DNA from: the human T2T-CHM13v2.0 reference genome, Homo sapiens
DNA: 64,000 nt
Reading direction: 5' to 3' (one strand)
Assembly: GCF_009914755.1 (NCBI RefSeq)
Contig: NC_060935.1
Shown here: positions 23,896 through 40,919 of the stretch, in pieces
Numbering within the stretch: the first letter of the stretch is position 1
Layout: each line of letters begins with the position of its first letter
Translations under genes and position numbers: made by a program
The notes under the pieces: model-generated
The model's database searches: none
Seen by the model: the letters and a program-made list of their open reading frames with translations, nothing else
Told to the model about the DNA's origin: nothing

Positions 23896-25878
23896 TTCTG
23901 TCCTAATAAAGCTCATTCTCACATGCCCTTGTGTGATCCTCTTAGCCTTGTGAAGCAGGTAAAATGGGCATTGTATCATTTTATAGGTAAGAGAAACTGG
24001 GGCTCAGAGAGTGGCTAAAGTGGCAGGTCCAGGAAGTGGGTGCAGGTGTGTCTGTGTGTAGCAATGGAGCACATTATTTAGGGTAGCCCAGGCTTATCTT
24101 CTATGATGATGGTTCTTCCTTTAGCCTTCTGGAGACAACACAAGCCATTCCTGAGCTCTACCTAGTCCTCTCCCAAGATCTTTCATAAAAGAACCAGCTA
24201 AACTCATCTCCTCCATTACTCGAATCTTTGGCAAATGCTGGGAAGAGCTACTGTTGTGAAAACCAAAGTCTAGAAGATCTGTTTTTTACTTCCACAAAGT
24301 CTTCAGTCTCAGGTGGGGCTGGGAGGGCCCGCACTAAGAGGCAGAGGTAGATTTAGGAGCAGGGGATATCTCATGGCTATGAGTGGGGGCAGCGAGGCTG
24401 CAGTGTGGCCTTGGTCTGCCAGCCCAGGTGTAAGCTGGACCCCTGGGTGGAAAGAATTCCCTCGGGGGCTCGTGCCCGTGGTCATCAGCTCACAATCCAG
24501 ACAGATGTCAAGCCGACAAACACCAAGGGGAGTTTAGCCCGTTAGTGGTAGCATCTGTCTAATTCCTATTAGGTAAGGGGAGGGCACAGGCTCTCTGGGT
24601 TCCAGCGTAGCACAATGGGTCTGTGCTGGAGTAGTGGCAAGTGAGCCCTACCCCAGAGCTTCCCCTCACGGTCCTCAGTCCACAGTGCATTGTTAAGGAA
24701 TGGATGCTCCTCTGTACCAAGTCCTGTGCTAGGTCTAAATGTGATGTGACCCCTCCTTCTGAGGAGCTGTCCTGCCTTCCTCCCAGGAGACCTTCCTCTG
24801 TGGAGATTGTCAGTTCTATCTCCAGGTCCAGGGCAGGGAGACAGACGCCCAGAGAGTCAAGTGTATGCCCCGGGCCCAGGGGCGACAGGTGCTTGTTCTC
24901 ATTCTCATTTCCTCCCTAAGAATCCACCTGTCAACAGGTGTGGCCTGAACCCACTATTTAATTAGTGCCCATTAGCATGCTGTGGGGAACACTCAGTGGC
25001 CTCATCCTCTAGGAGCTACATATTTTTGATGAGGAGACCAAACAAAACGCATGTGAAATTGAGAACAAGCTATATGACCTTGACTCATCTCTTAACTTCT
25101 CTGGATTTCAGAATCCTCATTTTATACAATGAGCAGGTTATCCTTGGCTCTCTTCAAGCCCCTTTCAAGTCTATTCTCCTACGACTGTCTGGGCTGTACA
25201 TGCGAGGTCCATCAGGCACCATGAGTTTGTAGAAGGTGATAGGACACCAGAGAACACCTAGCCCAGCAGTGGGAAGGCTGTCTACCTGTAGGCAGGTGAG
25301 TGGGTGGGAAGATATATTGCAGAGGTAGCTGGCCTCATTTATTTGTCTGCAGGGGCCGGGAGAGTGCTTGTTGAGAGGGACCCTGCAGAGTCCCCCAGCT
25401 TCCAGGAGGGTCAGGGGGACAGAAATCAGGCAGGAGAGCCTGGCAGAGTGGGAACTCAAGACCGCTGCTCCCCTGTGGCCCAAATAGCGGTGGTGGAAGG
25501 AGCTCCTCTCCCGGCCCCTCTCCCACTCTGCCCCCCACCCACCGGCTCTGGGAGGAGACAACTGGTTTCATAGTAGGGCAGCGGTCCCCTGGGGCCCTCT
25601 TGACTTGTGAGACAGATTCTGGAGGAAAGCCAAGGAGCTCGAAAGGATTCCTCCAGCCTTCCCTGAAGCCTGTTTCCAAGGAACCTGACTTAGTCTCCGG
25701 CACTGGCATAGCACCCCTTGAGAAGTCACCTCCATTCATGAGAGCCTCTTAATGGCAGCAAGATGGGGGACTGCTAACTCCTGCTGACTTCTAGATTGTA
25801 GGGGGAGCCTCTTTCCAAGCTGGACGTCTGGTCTCCTGGAATACTTTTCAAAGTCATTTCCACTGGGTTTGAGGAGAA

Positions 25879-25932
25879 GGAAGGAAGGAAGGAAGGAAGG
25901 AAGGAAGGAAGGAAGGAAAGAAGGAAGGAAGG
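25879..25932. repeat. (GGAA)n microsatellite (10 consecutive units plus 2)
   Basis: Read directly. Confidence 0.95.
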
Positions 25933-28899
25933 AGGGAGAGCTTCAATCCCAGGCAGTCCTCCACGGAGCACCATTGGCTGCTGGCAGGGGTAATGGGAAC
26001 TTCCCAGCATTTCTGCTGCACAGAGTCCTGGTTCTGGTGGCCCTGACCTGGCCGTGGTGGAACTGGGCTCTGGGGAGACAGGCTGCCACAGCTAGCTTGC
26101 AGGTAAAGGCAGAAGAAGGATGTTCCCTGAGCTCTGTGATTTCTAGGTAGCTGTGCAGGACCTCCAGCGTGAAGGCCACAGACGAGTGGAGGCTCCTTTG
26201 CTATGTGGTAGGCTCTGTGCTGAGCCCTGTGCTGGGGGCTGTCACCACTATTTTGTTGAGTCATAGCTGTAGACCCAAGAAGAAAAGTGAGGCTCAGAGA
26301 AGGTAAGAGAATTTGCCCAAGGTCACCCAGCTATGAGTGAGGCAGGCCAGTGTAGAACAAGCAACAGGTATGGGTGTGGGCCTTGGTAGAGCCCTGTGCT
26401 CACTGTGGGACCGTCAGAGCTGGCCTCACTTTCCCCATCAGTCAACTGGTGGCAATAACACCTACTGTCGGGGCTGTGGGGAAGATGGGAAGATTAAGTG
26501 AGGTGATGTATGTGGATGTGTTATACATGTTGTATAAACATAAATGACAGCGCCTACACCGTGACTTGCATGTAATACGTGGGGGAGAAAATTGGTTGGC
26601 ACAGACTATATATTTCTTATTAGTTTAAAATAGAGTATACACACAAATTCACACGCCTTCTCATACTCACTCACAGCGTGATGACAGCCATGTTTGGGTG
26701 ATTCAAAGCTGGCAGGGTGGCTTTCCATGACTTCCTTGTGGCTGGGGCAGGCGTGAGTTCCCCTGGGATTCCTGAGCGCCCGGTGGTTTTGCCAATTCAA
26801 GCTTAGAGTCAACCAACCGGAATTGGGGCCTCCAAAGTGCTCGTGGTTGTTCTCAAGTAGGTTTTCCCACCTAATCCAGTGTGGGAGGCTGTCAGGGGCC
26901 TGGGGTGAGGAGGGGGTTGGCCTCTGCCAGGTCCTGTTGGCTTGAAGCAGGCCTTGACTCCCTCCTTGCCAGTCACATTCACTAGATAGATTTTTACTGA
27001 GTGTCTTCTCTGTGTCAGACCCTGCGGAGGCGCTAGGGATATGACCGTGAACTAGACAGATGGGTTCCTGCCGGGAGGGCTCACAGATCATGGGAGAGGA
27101 AGACGTTCAAGTTCCGTGGGTAATTAGTTAAACCACAAGAGCCACCCAGAAGTCCAGGAAGCCGTGAGGGCCTCAACAGGGAGCATGACCTACTGTGGGG
27201 GTCTGGGAGGATCTTGGAGGACATCCTGGAGGAAGTGAGCTTTAAGCTAAGGCATGAAGGGAGACTTGCCGTGAACTAGGTAAGAGTAGGCGCATGAACT
27301 CTAGTCACCTTGGGCTGGCCTGGCCTGACCTCATGCTGAGTTTTGTCCCTCCTGTGGGGCCCTTTCTGGGGAGAGAGTTGACCAACCCCTTCTTCCCCAG
27401 CATCTTCTTTTCCATCCCAGGCAAGGACTGAACAAGGTGAGAGGAAGACAGCTGGGCACCAGGAGAATGCTGCCAGGGATTGTGCTCTCATCCGAGCTTC
27501 CCAGTCAGCTGCATCACAGAGCAGGATGCAATTCCCACATCCCCTGTCCCCCTCCTCTGCCATCCTATGCTCCTTGAGGACAGGTTTTCAGGGGAGCTTT
27601 AGAAAATGCAGGCATCCCTTCCGCATTCTTCCTACAGCCCCAGTTAGGGTCCTGGTGATAACCTTGCGATGTTCATGTTCACGTCTTACCTGAGTCTGAT
27701 TTCTGGAAAGCCCTCGTGGGCAGCAGCTGTGACGGGGGTAGAAATGACTCAGCCCATTTTGCTCAGCACCAGCCACAGGGGGACTATATTTATTACAAAA
27801 AGTCTTTGGCAGATCTGGCCTCTTCCCCTACATGGGAGGGAGTCAACTTGACAATGTCTTTTGAGGACTTGGTGCAGTGACCAGGGCTGTATCTTCCCTT
27901 TGGAAACACTGAGGAAAATTTGTGAATATTTTGCAGTCTTGTAATTTGGAGGGGGGCAGCGAGGAGAGGCAGCGGGGGAGGTTAGAGAGAGACTGATGGG
28001 CTTAAGTGACAAGGGCTATAAATCCACGATTACACGGATGTGAAAAGGAAAGCCAGTGGCCTCCTGCCTAGGGTTTGGGCATCCTCAGAGTTAGCAAAAT
28101 GTACCTGCTTTGGGGTCAGGCAGGCAGGGGTTAAAGCCCAGCTTCTGCTGCTTGCTGGCTATGTGATCCTGGGCAACTTCTTAACCTGTCTGAGCCTTAG
28201 TTTCTTCCCTTTTGTGAAATGAGAGTAGCAATGTCCCTGTGCAGGGGATTCAGTGAGGTAACAGCAAAGATCCTGCTCCAGTCCTGGCCTCAGAGGGTTC
28301 TCATATTCATGAGTTCCTTTCCCGTCACTTCCGTCTCTCTCCCCACAGTGCTGCATGGGACCCAGATACCCCTTCAGAGGCAGGAGGCATGAAGGAGTGC
28401 AAGCAGGGAAGGCTGTGGGCTGTGGGCCTCTCTGGGGAGCACAGCTAGAATGGCTGACTAAGGATCCTGAGCTGGCTGGGACAGCAATGTCAGAGCCTGG
28501 GGAGGCTTCGCAGAAGCAGGGGAAGCAGTGCTCTGGGTGTCTTGGAAGAACCAGACAGCATAGGTGGCATCAAGGAGGGCTGTGAAGCAGAGAATCTTTG
28601 TAATAGGGAGTAGGAAGGAAGGGAGGGAGAGAGGGAGGAAATGAACATTTATGAATTGTCTACTGTGTTTTGACATTGAGCGAGGTATTTTAATGCTCAT
28701 TTTTTGATTTTATAAATTTAGAAGCATAGAATCTTCAAGTCAGAACATCTCAGAACTAGAAAGGACACGTGAAACCATCCCTCCATCCATCCATCCCAAC
28801 CACTGTATTTTATATATGGGGAAACTGAAGCTCAGAGAAGGACAGTAACTTACCTAAGGCCACACAGGAAATCAGTGGCAGAGGGTTAGAAACTGCCCA

Positions 28900-29534
<635 letters not shown>

Positions 29535-29829
29535 CTACAGAAACACTTGTGATATGACCCAGGAAAACGTACCTCCTGAGCCTCAGTTCTCTTATCTGTA
29601 AGTTGGTACAGTAATTCTCAACTCAGGTGGCAGCCGGGACAATGAAAGGAGATAGCCCGTGTAAAGTGCACGGTGTGGTGTCGGGCTCGGATGGCGCAGG
29701 TCCTTCCCCTTCAAGCCTTGCCCTCTCCCGTGTGTTTCATGGCTCTGGCCACACCCGTAGAACCAACCAGTGAACCCTGTGTTTGTCCCACCGTGTGTCC
29801 CCTGGGCTCAATGAACAGAAGGCCTGAGG

Positions 29830-30260
29830 ATTTATTCATTCTTTCATTCACTTATTCCTCAAGTATTTATTAGGTATCCTGAGCATGTGCCCAGCATTAT
29901 CTTGGTGCCAGGGATATATAGGTGAGCAAACTCAGGTGGCTTCTATCCTGTTAGGGTTCACAGTTAGATGGCGAACAGAGACGTTACTTTTAAAAATCAC
30001 ACGAATAAATGTGAGAATATGAATGACATACGAGCTTTGAGGAGAAGAGCCTAACACTGTGGGAGCATTCTTCAACAGGAAGATTTTATCCAGAGAGAGC
30101 AGGGCAGGGCCTCCCTGGGGAGTGATGTTTGAGGTGAGCCTGAAGGGAGACACGGCAAAACTGAGAAAAGACGGGAGAAAAATCGCGTCCCAGGCAGGGG
30201 GAGCATAGAGTTGAAGGCCCCCGGCAGGGAGGAAGGGCTGTGCCTGCAAGAGCTGACAGG
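29830..30260 (-). mobile_element. L2 fragment
   Basis: (CATT)-like L2 tail at the left end, then tatttatt...gtgcccagca...gcctccctggggagtgatgtttgag. Confidence 0.7.
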
Positions 30261-30649
30261 CAGCTGGGGTGCTGGGGCAGAGTGGCGGGTCAGGCGCGAG
30301 TCACTGAGCTGTGCCTCAGAGGAGCTTGCGAGAGAACCCCTGGAGTCTGACTCTGAAGCAGGGCTGCACCTGTGGGGAGAGGTGGGTAAACTGAGGCTGA
30401 GATTCTGAAATGGAGACCAGGCCAACATTTGGCTATAGTCCTGGACAGAGAGACAGATGTTTCTAAGCCTCAGTTTTTCTGCCCCAAAATGAGCATAATG
30501 ACAATAAAAATTATAAATAGATTGCAGATCCATGATGGTGGGGGTGGAGGTAAAAATGAACAAATGCATTAGGTATTTTGCCCTCAGCATATATGTGAAT
30601 GGCATCAAATTCATTGACGTTAAAGCTTAGATGATCTGGATTTGTAATT

Positions 30650-31100
30650 GAATAAAGGCCAAAGTCCTCCCCATGGCTGAATCTCCTCCTCCCCAATTCA
30701 TGTCCTGTCACTGTCCTGCTCACTACACGCACACGGGCCTTCTAGACACCCCTGTTGTAACTGAAACAGCCATGCACGCTCCTGCCTGAGGGCCCCCGCG
30801 TGTACTGGTCCTTCTGCCCGGAACATCGTTCCCTGGATATCTGCGTGGCTTGCTAGCTTGCTTGCTTTTTCAGATTTCCCCTCCAATATCATCATCTCAA
30901 TGAGGCTTTCCTCATTTCCCATCTAAAATGAAATCCCTTTTGTCCCCTCCCTGGCTCTCCCTTTCCGTCTTTATTTTTCTTTAGAGCGATTGTTGGATTT
31001 CTGTCTCTTTTCTTCCCCCTCTGCTCTAATCCGGAATAGTACTTGGCTGTAGTAAAAGCCCAGGCAATGTTTGTGGAATGAATGAATGAGTGAATGAATG
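30650..31100 (+). mobile_element. L2 fragment
   Basis: L2 body motifs ending in the (GAAT)n tail at 31076-31099. Confidence 0.7.
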
Positions 31101-31744
31101 GGGAGAGCTGTTTGTTGGTGAAATGATGTGTCAGGTTCATTCAAAGATGCTTTTTCCCTTACTCTGAAATTGACTCATGGAATGTCAGAATTGGAAGGAA
31201 CTAAGTCATTGGTCTTTGAGCAACTCTCTCATTTAACAACTGAGTAAACAGAGGCCCAGGGAGGTACTTCAGGGGCTTGTGAAAGGTCACAGAGCTCGGA
31301 GCCAGAATGAGAACCAAAGCCTCTGGGATTTACTCCAGGACTCTTCACGAAGCTTTGGCTTTTTTTGCATGACACAGCTCCTGGGGAAAAAGGGGGTTTG
31401 CTCTGTGGTCTCCAGCTTCCTGGTGTTCTGCTCCTGGGGCCACATGGCCTGAGGGGCTGTAATTTCACTCCAAGATCTCTGCTGCTGCTCCTTGGGCCAC
31501 CTTGCGGGATGTTGGTAAAGGCAGCTATTGGCAACTGACAGGCAGACATACTTCTCTCCCACGAGGTAAAATGAATGTTTTCTGTCAAGGTCAATCCACA
31601 GGAAATGATTATTTAGCTCTGACTTGGTAGAGTCTGCCTAAGGTGGAGAATGCAAGAAGTATCAGATTCTAGTCCTGCACTTCAGGAACTTCTAGTTTAG
31701 CTAGGGAGACAATGCTTACTGACATCGATATTAACATTAAAATA

Positions 31745-31975
31745 ATGCTAGCAAACATTAACTGGTGCTTACCACATACCAGGCACTGTTCTGAAAACTT
31801 TATGCCTATTAACTTATTCAGTTCTCACTATGACTCTATGGGGATGTTGCCATACCTCTTTCACATTTAAGTAACCTGAGGCACAGAGAGGTTTAGCAAC
31901 TTGTTCAAAGCCACACGGCTAGTAAGAGGAGAAGCCAGGATTTAAACCCAGGTGTTCTCTCACCAGCACTCATCC
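31745..31975 (-). mobile_element. MIR SINE
   Basis: ccaggcactgttct...ctgaggcacagagaggtttagcaacttg...gccaggatttaaacccagg. Confidence 0.8.
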
Positions 31976-32851
31976 TCTTATACATTAAGTGAAATAATAG
32001 CACAAGACAAGAATGTGAGATGCATTACGAGACAGTAGAGTGAGGTCAAGGGAGGAGGTTACACTGCAGGCTGGAGTAGTCTGGGATGGCTTCCTGGAGG
32101 AAGTGCTGCCTGAAGGAAGCAGAATGTTTGGATAGCAGGAGAGAGGCTTTGCCCTCTTGGTTTTCCATCCTTAGGTAGAAGGGAACAGTGGTTAGGAGTG
32201 TCCAATGAGGGACTTGTGGTAGGGAGGAGTCTCCTCCCTTAATACACGCATTTGAGAGCAACAGACCTGAACAACGTCGTTTACCAGCTGCCCAGTGAGG
32301 GCTGGGAGGAGGACTTGGCACTGGCCTGGCCTCTGTCTCCCATAGAAATAGTTCCCCATGTGCTTGTGTCATGGGGGCTTTGCCTAGTTTGGGAGAGGAA
32401 TCTCTTGGTGAGCCCCTCAGGATCTAGCCTTCTTAAATGTTTGGGAGATTCGGAGAAGATCCTCTAAATGGTCTCCAAGATGCCAAGATGGCTGCTCTAT
32501 CTGTAAAATGGGCCAGTAACCCCATGCTATGGGGGTGCAATCAGCATTTCATGGCTCAGTGTTTTTAAGGAATCTGGCCCATTTGGCTTCAGTTACAGAT
32601 GACTTCCTTTCTCTGTCCACCTCCCGAAATTCCCAGTTCAACCCAGACTGGCTACCCTCAGTCTTAGCTTAGAGCTGGGACACAGAGGTTTTGTTGATTG
32701 TGTGACCTGGCTCTTTGGGGCTGCACTTAGGGGACAGGCCTAAAGCTGCTCTCCTCAGCGGAGTTACTGATAATGTCCCTCAATTATGTTTGCATTCTAA
32801 AAATACATTTGCTTTCTTTTGGAGCCATAAAGCACAAAGAAGTCTCAGTTG

Positions 32852-32963
32852 GAGGTTGTCTAACCACCCCAGTTTGCCCAGGATTGTAACGACTTTCACA
32901 CTGAAAGTCTGTTTCTGTGGTCCCCCCAGTCCCAGCTAACCTGGGCAGGCAGTTGGTTGCCCT
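32852..32963. mobile_element. hAT-Blackjack MITE (MER94-like)
   Basis: aaccaccccagtttgcccagga...gtcccagctaacctggg...ttggttgccct; degenerate terminal inverted repeats. Confidence 0.6.
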
Positions 32964-33099
32964 GTGAGTCAGGAGAGAGGGAGAGAATGTCATGGAACTG
33001 AAGGCTCATGCACCCACTAAAGGCTGTCCCATTGCTCCTTCTACGTGGCTGAATCCCCCAGAGATAGGCAGATAGATGTCTATGGAAGATCTAGCTGAA

Positions 33100-33300
33100 A
33101 GGTAAAGGGCTTTGGCTTTTGACAGACCAGGGTTCAAATCTCCCATTGGCTGTGTACTATCACCTTGACTTTGGCCAAATGTCTTAACTTGAGCCTCAGT
33201 GTCCTCATTTGTAAATGTGGGGACTGTAATAACTATGTCATGGTGCTGTTTTGGGACTTCAATGGTCCAAGGCAAATAAAGTACCTGGCATATTACAGAT
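33100..33300 (+). mobile_element. MIR SINE
   Basis: gacagaccagggttcaaatc...tgagcctcagtgtcctcatttgtaaatg. Confidence 0.8.
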
Positions 33301-33897
33301 GTTACATACAACAGGCTCAGCCATCTGAGCCATTACATTTATTCCCAGTGTTGGGTTTGGATGGGAAGAAATAGCCTCTTTCTCTTAGGAAAGCTGGGTT
33401 GTGAAACTGGCCTCCCCAGCTCCTCCAAATTCATGGCTCCTGGCCCATTTCATAGCACTGTCCTGGCCTGCCAGCAGCTACAGAGAAGGGCCTGGGGAAG
33501 GACCCTTGGATTTTTTGTGGAGACAGAGGTATAGATTGGAGAACTGCTCCTGTCCCTGCCTTCAAGGCTGGGCTGAGGGCCAGAATCCTGGGGCTTTAAG
33601 TGTGTCTTTTTCCCCTTTCCCTGGCTTATTTGACTTTCTGGAAAATAGGAAGGCTCATTACTGTTTGGAATCAATGAAACTTGCAAGAGGGACCGTGGAG
33701 AGCCTCTGGTTTAATTTGGCCTTCTCTGAAATGAGGACCTTGACGCCCAGGGAGGTGGTAACTCATTCGAAGCTCCACTGCTGATCAGCACCCAGGCTTT
33801 CCCAGCTCCTAGCCCAGGGGACATCCTGGTTCAATAGGCTGGGGAAGTCCTTTAAGCTCCAAGGGACAAGGCACATGGTGGCTGTAGCATGCGATGA

Positions 33898-34182
<285 letters not shown>

Positions 34183-36049
34183 GATGAATCCTTTTTCTGA
34201 CAGTAGCTTGCCTGCTTTGTGGATCGTTGGTGACACATATTAAATCCCTGGCCAGCTACCCTCTGCCACTGTAGCACACTCTCTGAGCCACCTCTCTCTA
34301 ATGGAGGGTAAACTATGCTCATAAGACACTGACTCTTTTTTTATTAACTTTTTTTTTTTGCATTGACTCTTTTAAATGGTCACACTAAACTAAGAAGATA
34401 AACACCATTTCTAAAGACATTCTAAAATTCACAAAAAGAGATGATTTTTTTCAGAGAGAATATTTTTCTGGATTAGCCACTACAGTTGACCTTACTGAGC
34501 TGAGGGCATCAGCAGATTTCATGTGCTCAATGAATGGAGTGTTCATTCAGTGCCAGTGTGGTCAGGGAACGGTTACACCCAGAGTGGAGAACATGAATGG
34601 GCTATTACTCTGAGCAAATGTGATATGTTTCCTGTGGGGGTTTCTTCTGTTGCCTGTGGACCCTCCATTTGCCTCAAATACATTTTCAATTTATTTAGCA
34701 CCCACTGTGTTCTAGCCACCATGGAGGGAGATAAAAGATGACAAGATTTGGTCTCTACATGAAGGAGCAGACAGTTTGAGTGGGGAGAGAAGCATGGAAA
34801 CCATGGAAAGTTTAATGATATTGAAGGAGTTACATCACAATACCTGAGGGCGGGTCATCACAAGAGATGTTACAGGACAGAGAAGACTCATTGCCAAATG
34901 AGCGACACTAACAAGAGTGATGCTCTCAGAGGAAGGACAGACTGAGTGGACTGCAAGGATAGGGGAGACTTCTGGAAGAGGTGGATGGTGTGGCAGACCC
35001 TTGACACTCATTCCCCTTCAGCAGGCTTGGAATGTGGGGATGACTATCCCCATTTTCACATATGGCAAAGGCCCAAGCCACACAGCTGGTAAGTTGAGAT
35101 TTGGAATCTGGACCCATCTGCATCCAAACTTTTTCCATTAGAAACCCTGTCTCCCATGAGCCAGGCTTTGAAGGTTGGGTGGGATTGAATAGATAGAGAG
35201 AGGGGAGCCATAAACAAGAGTGTGTGTAAGGAAGATAATGAGCAAAGACCCTACTGTGTGGTGGGGCATTGAGCCCACCAGTGTGGAAAGAAGAAAGCAG
35301 CATGCTCTAGGGGAGCATAGCCTGCAGTGCTGGGCTCCTTGCTGGGTAGAGGCTGGAGCCTCTGGAACCTGCCTGTGCTGACTGCCATTCCCTGCCCTCT
35401 CCTCAGAACCTCTTCTCACACCCAGGAGCCTCTGATTGCTTTCCTGGCCTTGTGTCGGAGGCTGGCTAGGCTGGCATCTGTCTCCCAAGAAGACCTAGTA
35501 AATCCTTAGTGGTAATAGGAATGACAGCAACACCATCCCGCATCTGTAGAATACTTTTCCACCTACACGGTCTTTATGCTTGAAACCAGAAACAAACCAC
35601 GAAGAAAGACATCATGATGGGTAGGCAACGTCCAGGGCTCAAGGGACTTCTGCTCAACCCTCAGAGGACAGGCCAAGGACAAGTGCCCCAGGCAGGTTAC
35701 TCACTGTTTACCATTTTGTGTATGGTACCTGGCACATAATAGATGCTCAATAAACAAGCATTGAGTCCCACCCTGTTTGCAGGTACCTGATTCCAGCACC
35801 TCTGCAGAAAGCAAGCAGCATCCCTGACCATTGCCTCCTGGCATTTCTTCCTTGTCCTCAGCCCTGCAGCTCTGTGCCCAGTGGCTCCATGCCTCAGCCC
35901 AAGTCGAGGCTGTTGCAAAACCTGTGTACATTTACAGTTACTGAGTTTGAGCTTGAAAGAAGTCTGGTTTCATTTGTTTGGTTGGGCTCTCTGAGTTCAA
36001 TTCATTTTACATAAGAAATTACACAATTACACTCTATATTTTCTATTGT

Positions 36050-38502
<2,453 letters not shown>

Positions 38503-40059
38503 TACCACCCTTTTGATAATGGGTCACTCCTAGCGGCCTGGGCCAGGTGGGAATGGGGGCACCCATCTGATTTATTACCCAACAAATGGGTTTCTCCTGA
38601 TGGAGAATCATATTTGGAGTCTTGCTCAGAGCAAATACCCACTAATCAGAAAATACCAATTTCATGGGAGCACTAATCACACTGTTAAAATGTCAGCTGA
38701 ACTGAAACCCAAACATTTGTTAAGCTCCTACTATGTTGCAGGCACTTTTATTACCTCATTTGATTCTAAAACAGCCCTTGGAGACAAGCTTTTTATTATT
38801 AACACCCCCATTTTAGAGGGGAGGAAATGAATGCTAAGAGAGTGAGGTGATTCATACAGCTGGTAAGTGTTCATAGGAAGTTAGGTGTATGTGGTAAGTT
38901 TTCTGATTTGTGAGTGGACTTGTTTTCTATCCAGTCATTCTCAAGGGGAGAAAGGACTACACTCCTTTGTGGAGTGAATCAGAACCTCCCTGGGGGTGGG
39001 TTGGAGGACTGGGGAAGGCTTTCTCAAAGGTACTGCATCTCTCAGCCTGTTCTGATAGATCATGTCTTCTGGAGTCTTTCACCCCATTAGAAATTCATTG
39101 CTGCAAGGATTCACTGTGACTGACAAGAGCTTGCTGCAACCTTCACGAGTGTGCCATGGTAAAAAGGTTGTGAGCCACTGCAAACTATAGCATCTTCTTT
39201 CTTTTGTGATGTTGGTGTTAACAGATGAGTCTGAGAGACAAGTAGAGTTGATTCTATCAGAAGGTTCCAAGAGGTAACTCTTTCTGAGGATTGGGAGCAA
39301 ATTGTTTGCAGCTCAAGGAGAGCTTCTGGCCCAGCAACTTTTGTCCTATTGCAAACCCCCGTGCTGTTAACTCGGTGGTAATCAACACTCTCAGGGAGAT
39401 TAGCTTTATCAAGTGACTGCAGCCACAGGTACTTGGATAATTCATAGCCAATGGTTAGTTTCTGCTCAAATTTCTGGGTCGCTGGAGGTGTGTAAGATCC
39501 TATTCTGGACAGTGATATGAGACCCAGCTAGTGGCCTGTACATTCCTCCTCATGCGCCGCCTTTTTTTTTTCTTTTAAAGTGTGAGCATGAGCCGGGAAC
39601 ATAGTCCCCGTGAAAGGACGTGGCACCCTGCAGAAAAGTCCTGAGGTTTTCTGAGTCCCGTGCTGGTGCTAATTCCCAGTGTGGACAGGACACCGCAGGA
39701 GTTGCTGCTGATGGTCTGATGGAAGACACCTAAGCACAAAAGTCCCAATCAACTTAGGGCAAGAGAAGGCTGCGTTTTTGCTCTCTTCGTATTTTGGGGT
39801 TGACTTTCCTCTTTCTTTTGTTCTCATCTGCTGCGCCATGGTCAGGAAGAGGGGTATAGGTGAATTAAGTTCCCTGCTTCTTCCATCCAGCTTGGAGCAG
39901 GGTTCACTGAGTTTCCTCTGCCAGTCTGGCCATTTGGTGCCACATTTATGTTTTCAGCCCACATTGGAGTTATCGGTTCATGATGAGACTTTCTGGGCTG
40001 CAGATGGCCCAGGGGATAGGAACAAGCCCACCAAGAGATACTTCTATTGAAATTCTAAT

Positions 40060-40107
40060 TATATATATATATGTATATATATATATGTGTGTATATATAT
40101 ATGTGTG

Positions 40108-40188
<81 letters not shown>
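40060..40188. repeat. Compound (TA)n/(TG)n microsatellite
   Basis: About 128 bp of alternating purine-pyrimidine. Confidence 0.95.
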
Positions 40189-40189
<1 letters not shown>

Positions 40190-40583
40190 AAAGCAAGGAG
40201 AGAGGGGTAGCCCTGCCCCATCACCTTAACAATCAGTCGTCTTTAGATTAAACTCAGAAGGTCTTTGTTGTCTCAATTCAATTTAACAAATATCTGTGTA
40301 ATAATTTAGATAAGATGCAGGTCTTCTCTTTAATGAAATAAACATCTGCTTGGCCATGCAACTGGAGCAAACTCCTTTCAGAAGCAAACTACTTTCATCC
40401 TTCTTTCTCTGCACTCTATGCCACTTTCTTCCACCATCCTCCCACCTGTCCCTGTCAACTCCAAAATTTTTTCGGTCTTCTAGGCTTGAGATCTTGCAGT
40501 CCCTCTTTCCCCTCCCTCTCCTTCCTTCCCTGGTCTATATAATAACTATACATCCCTGCTTTCCCTGGATGGTTCTGGTTTAA

Positions 40584-40919
<336 letters not shown>

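Noticed and set aside
39117-39126. TGACTGACAA near-decamer
   Set aside because: Mismatch in the TGACAG core and no adjacent CCAAT; likely chance
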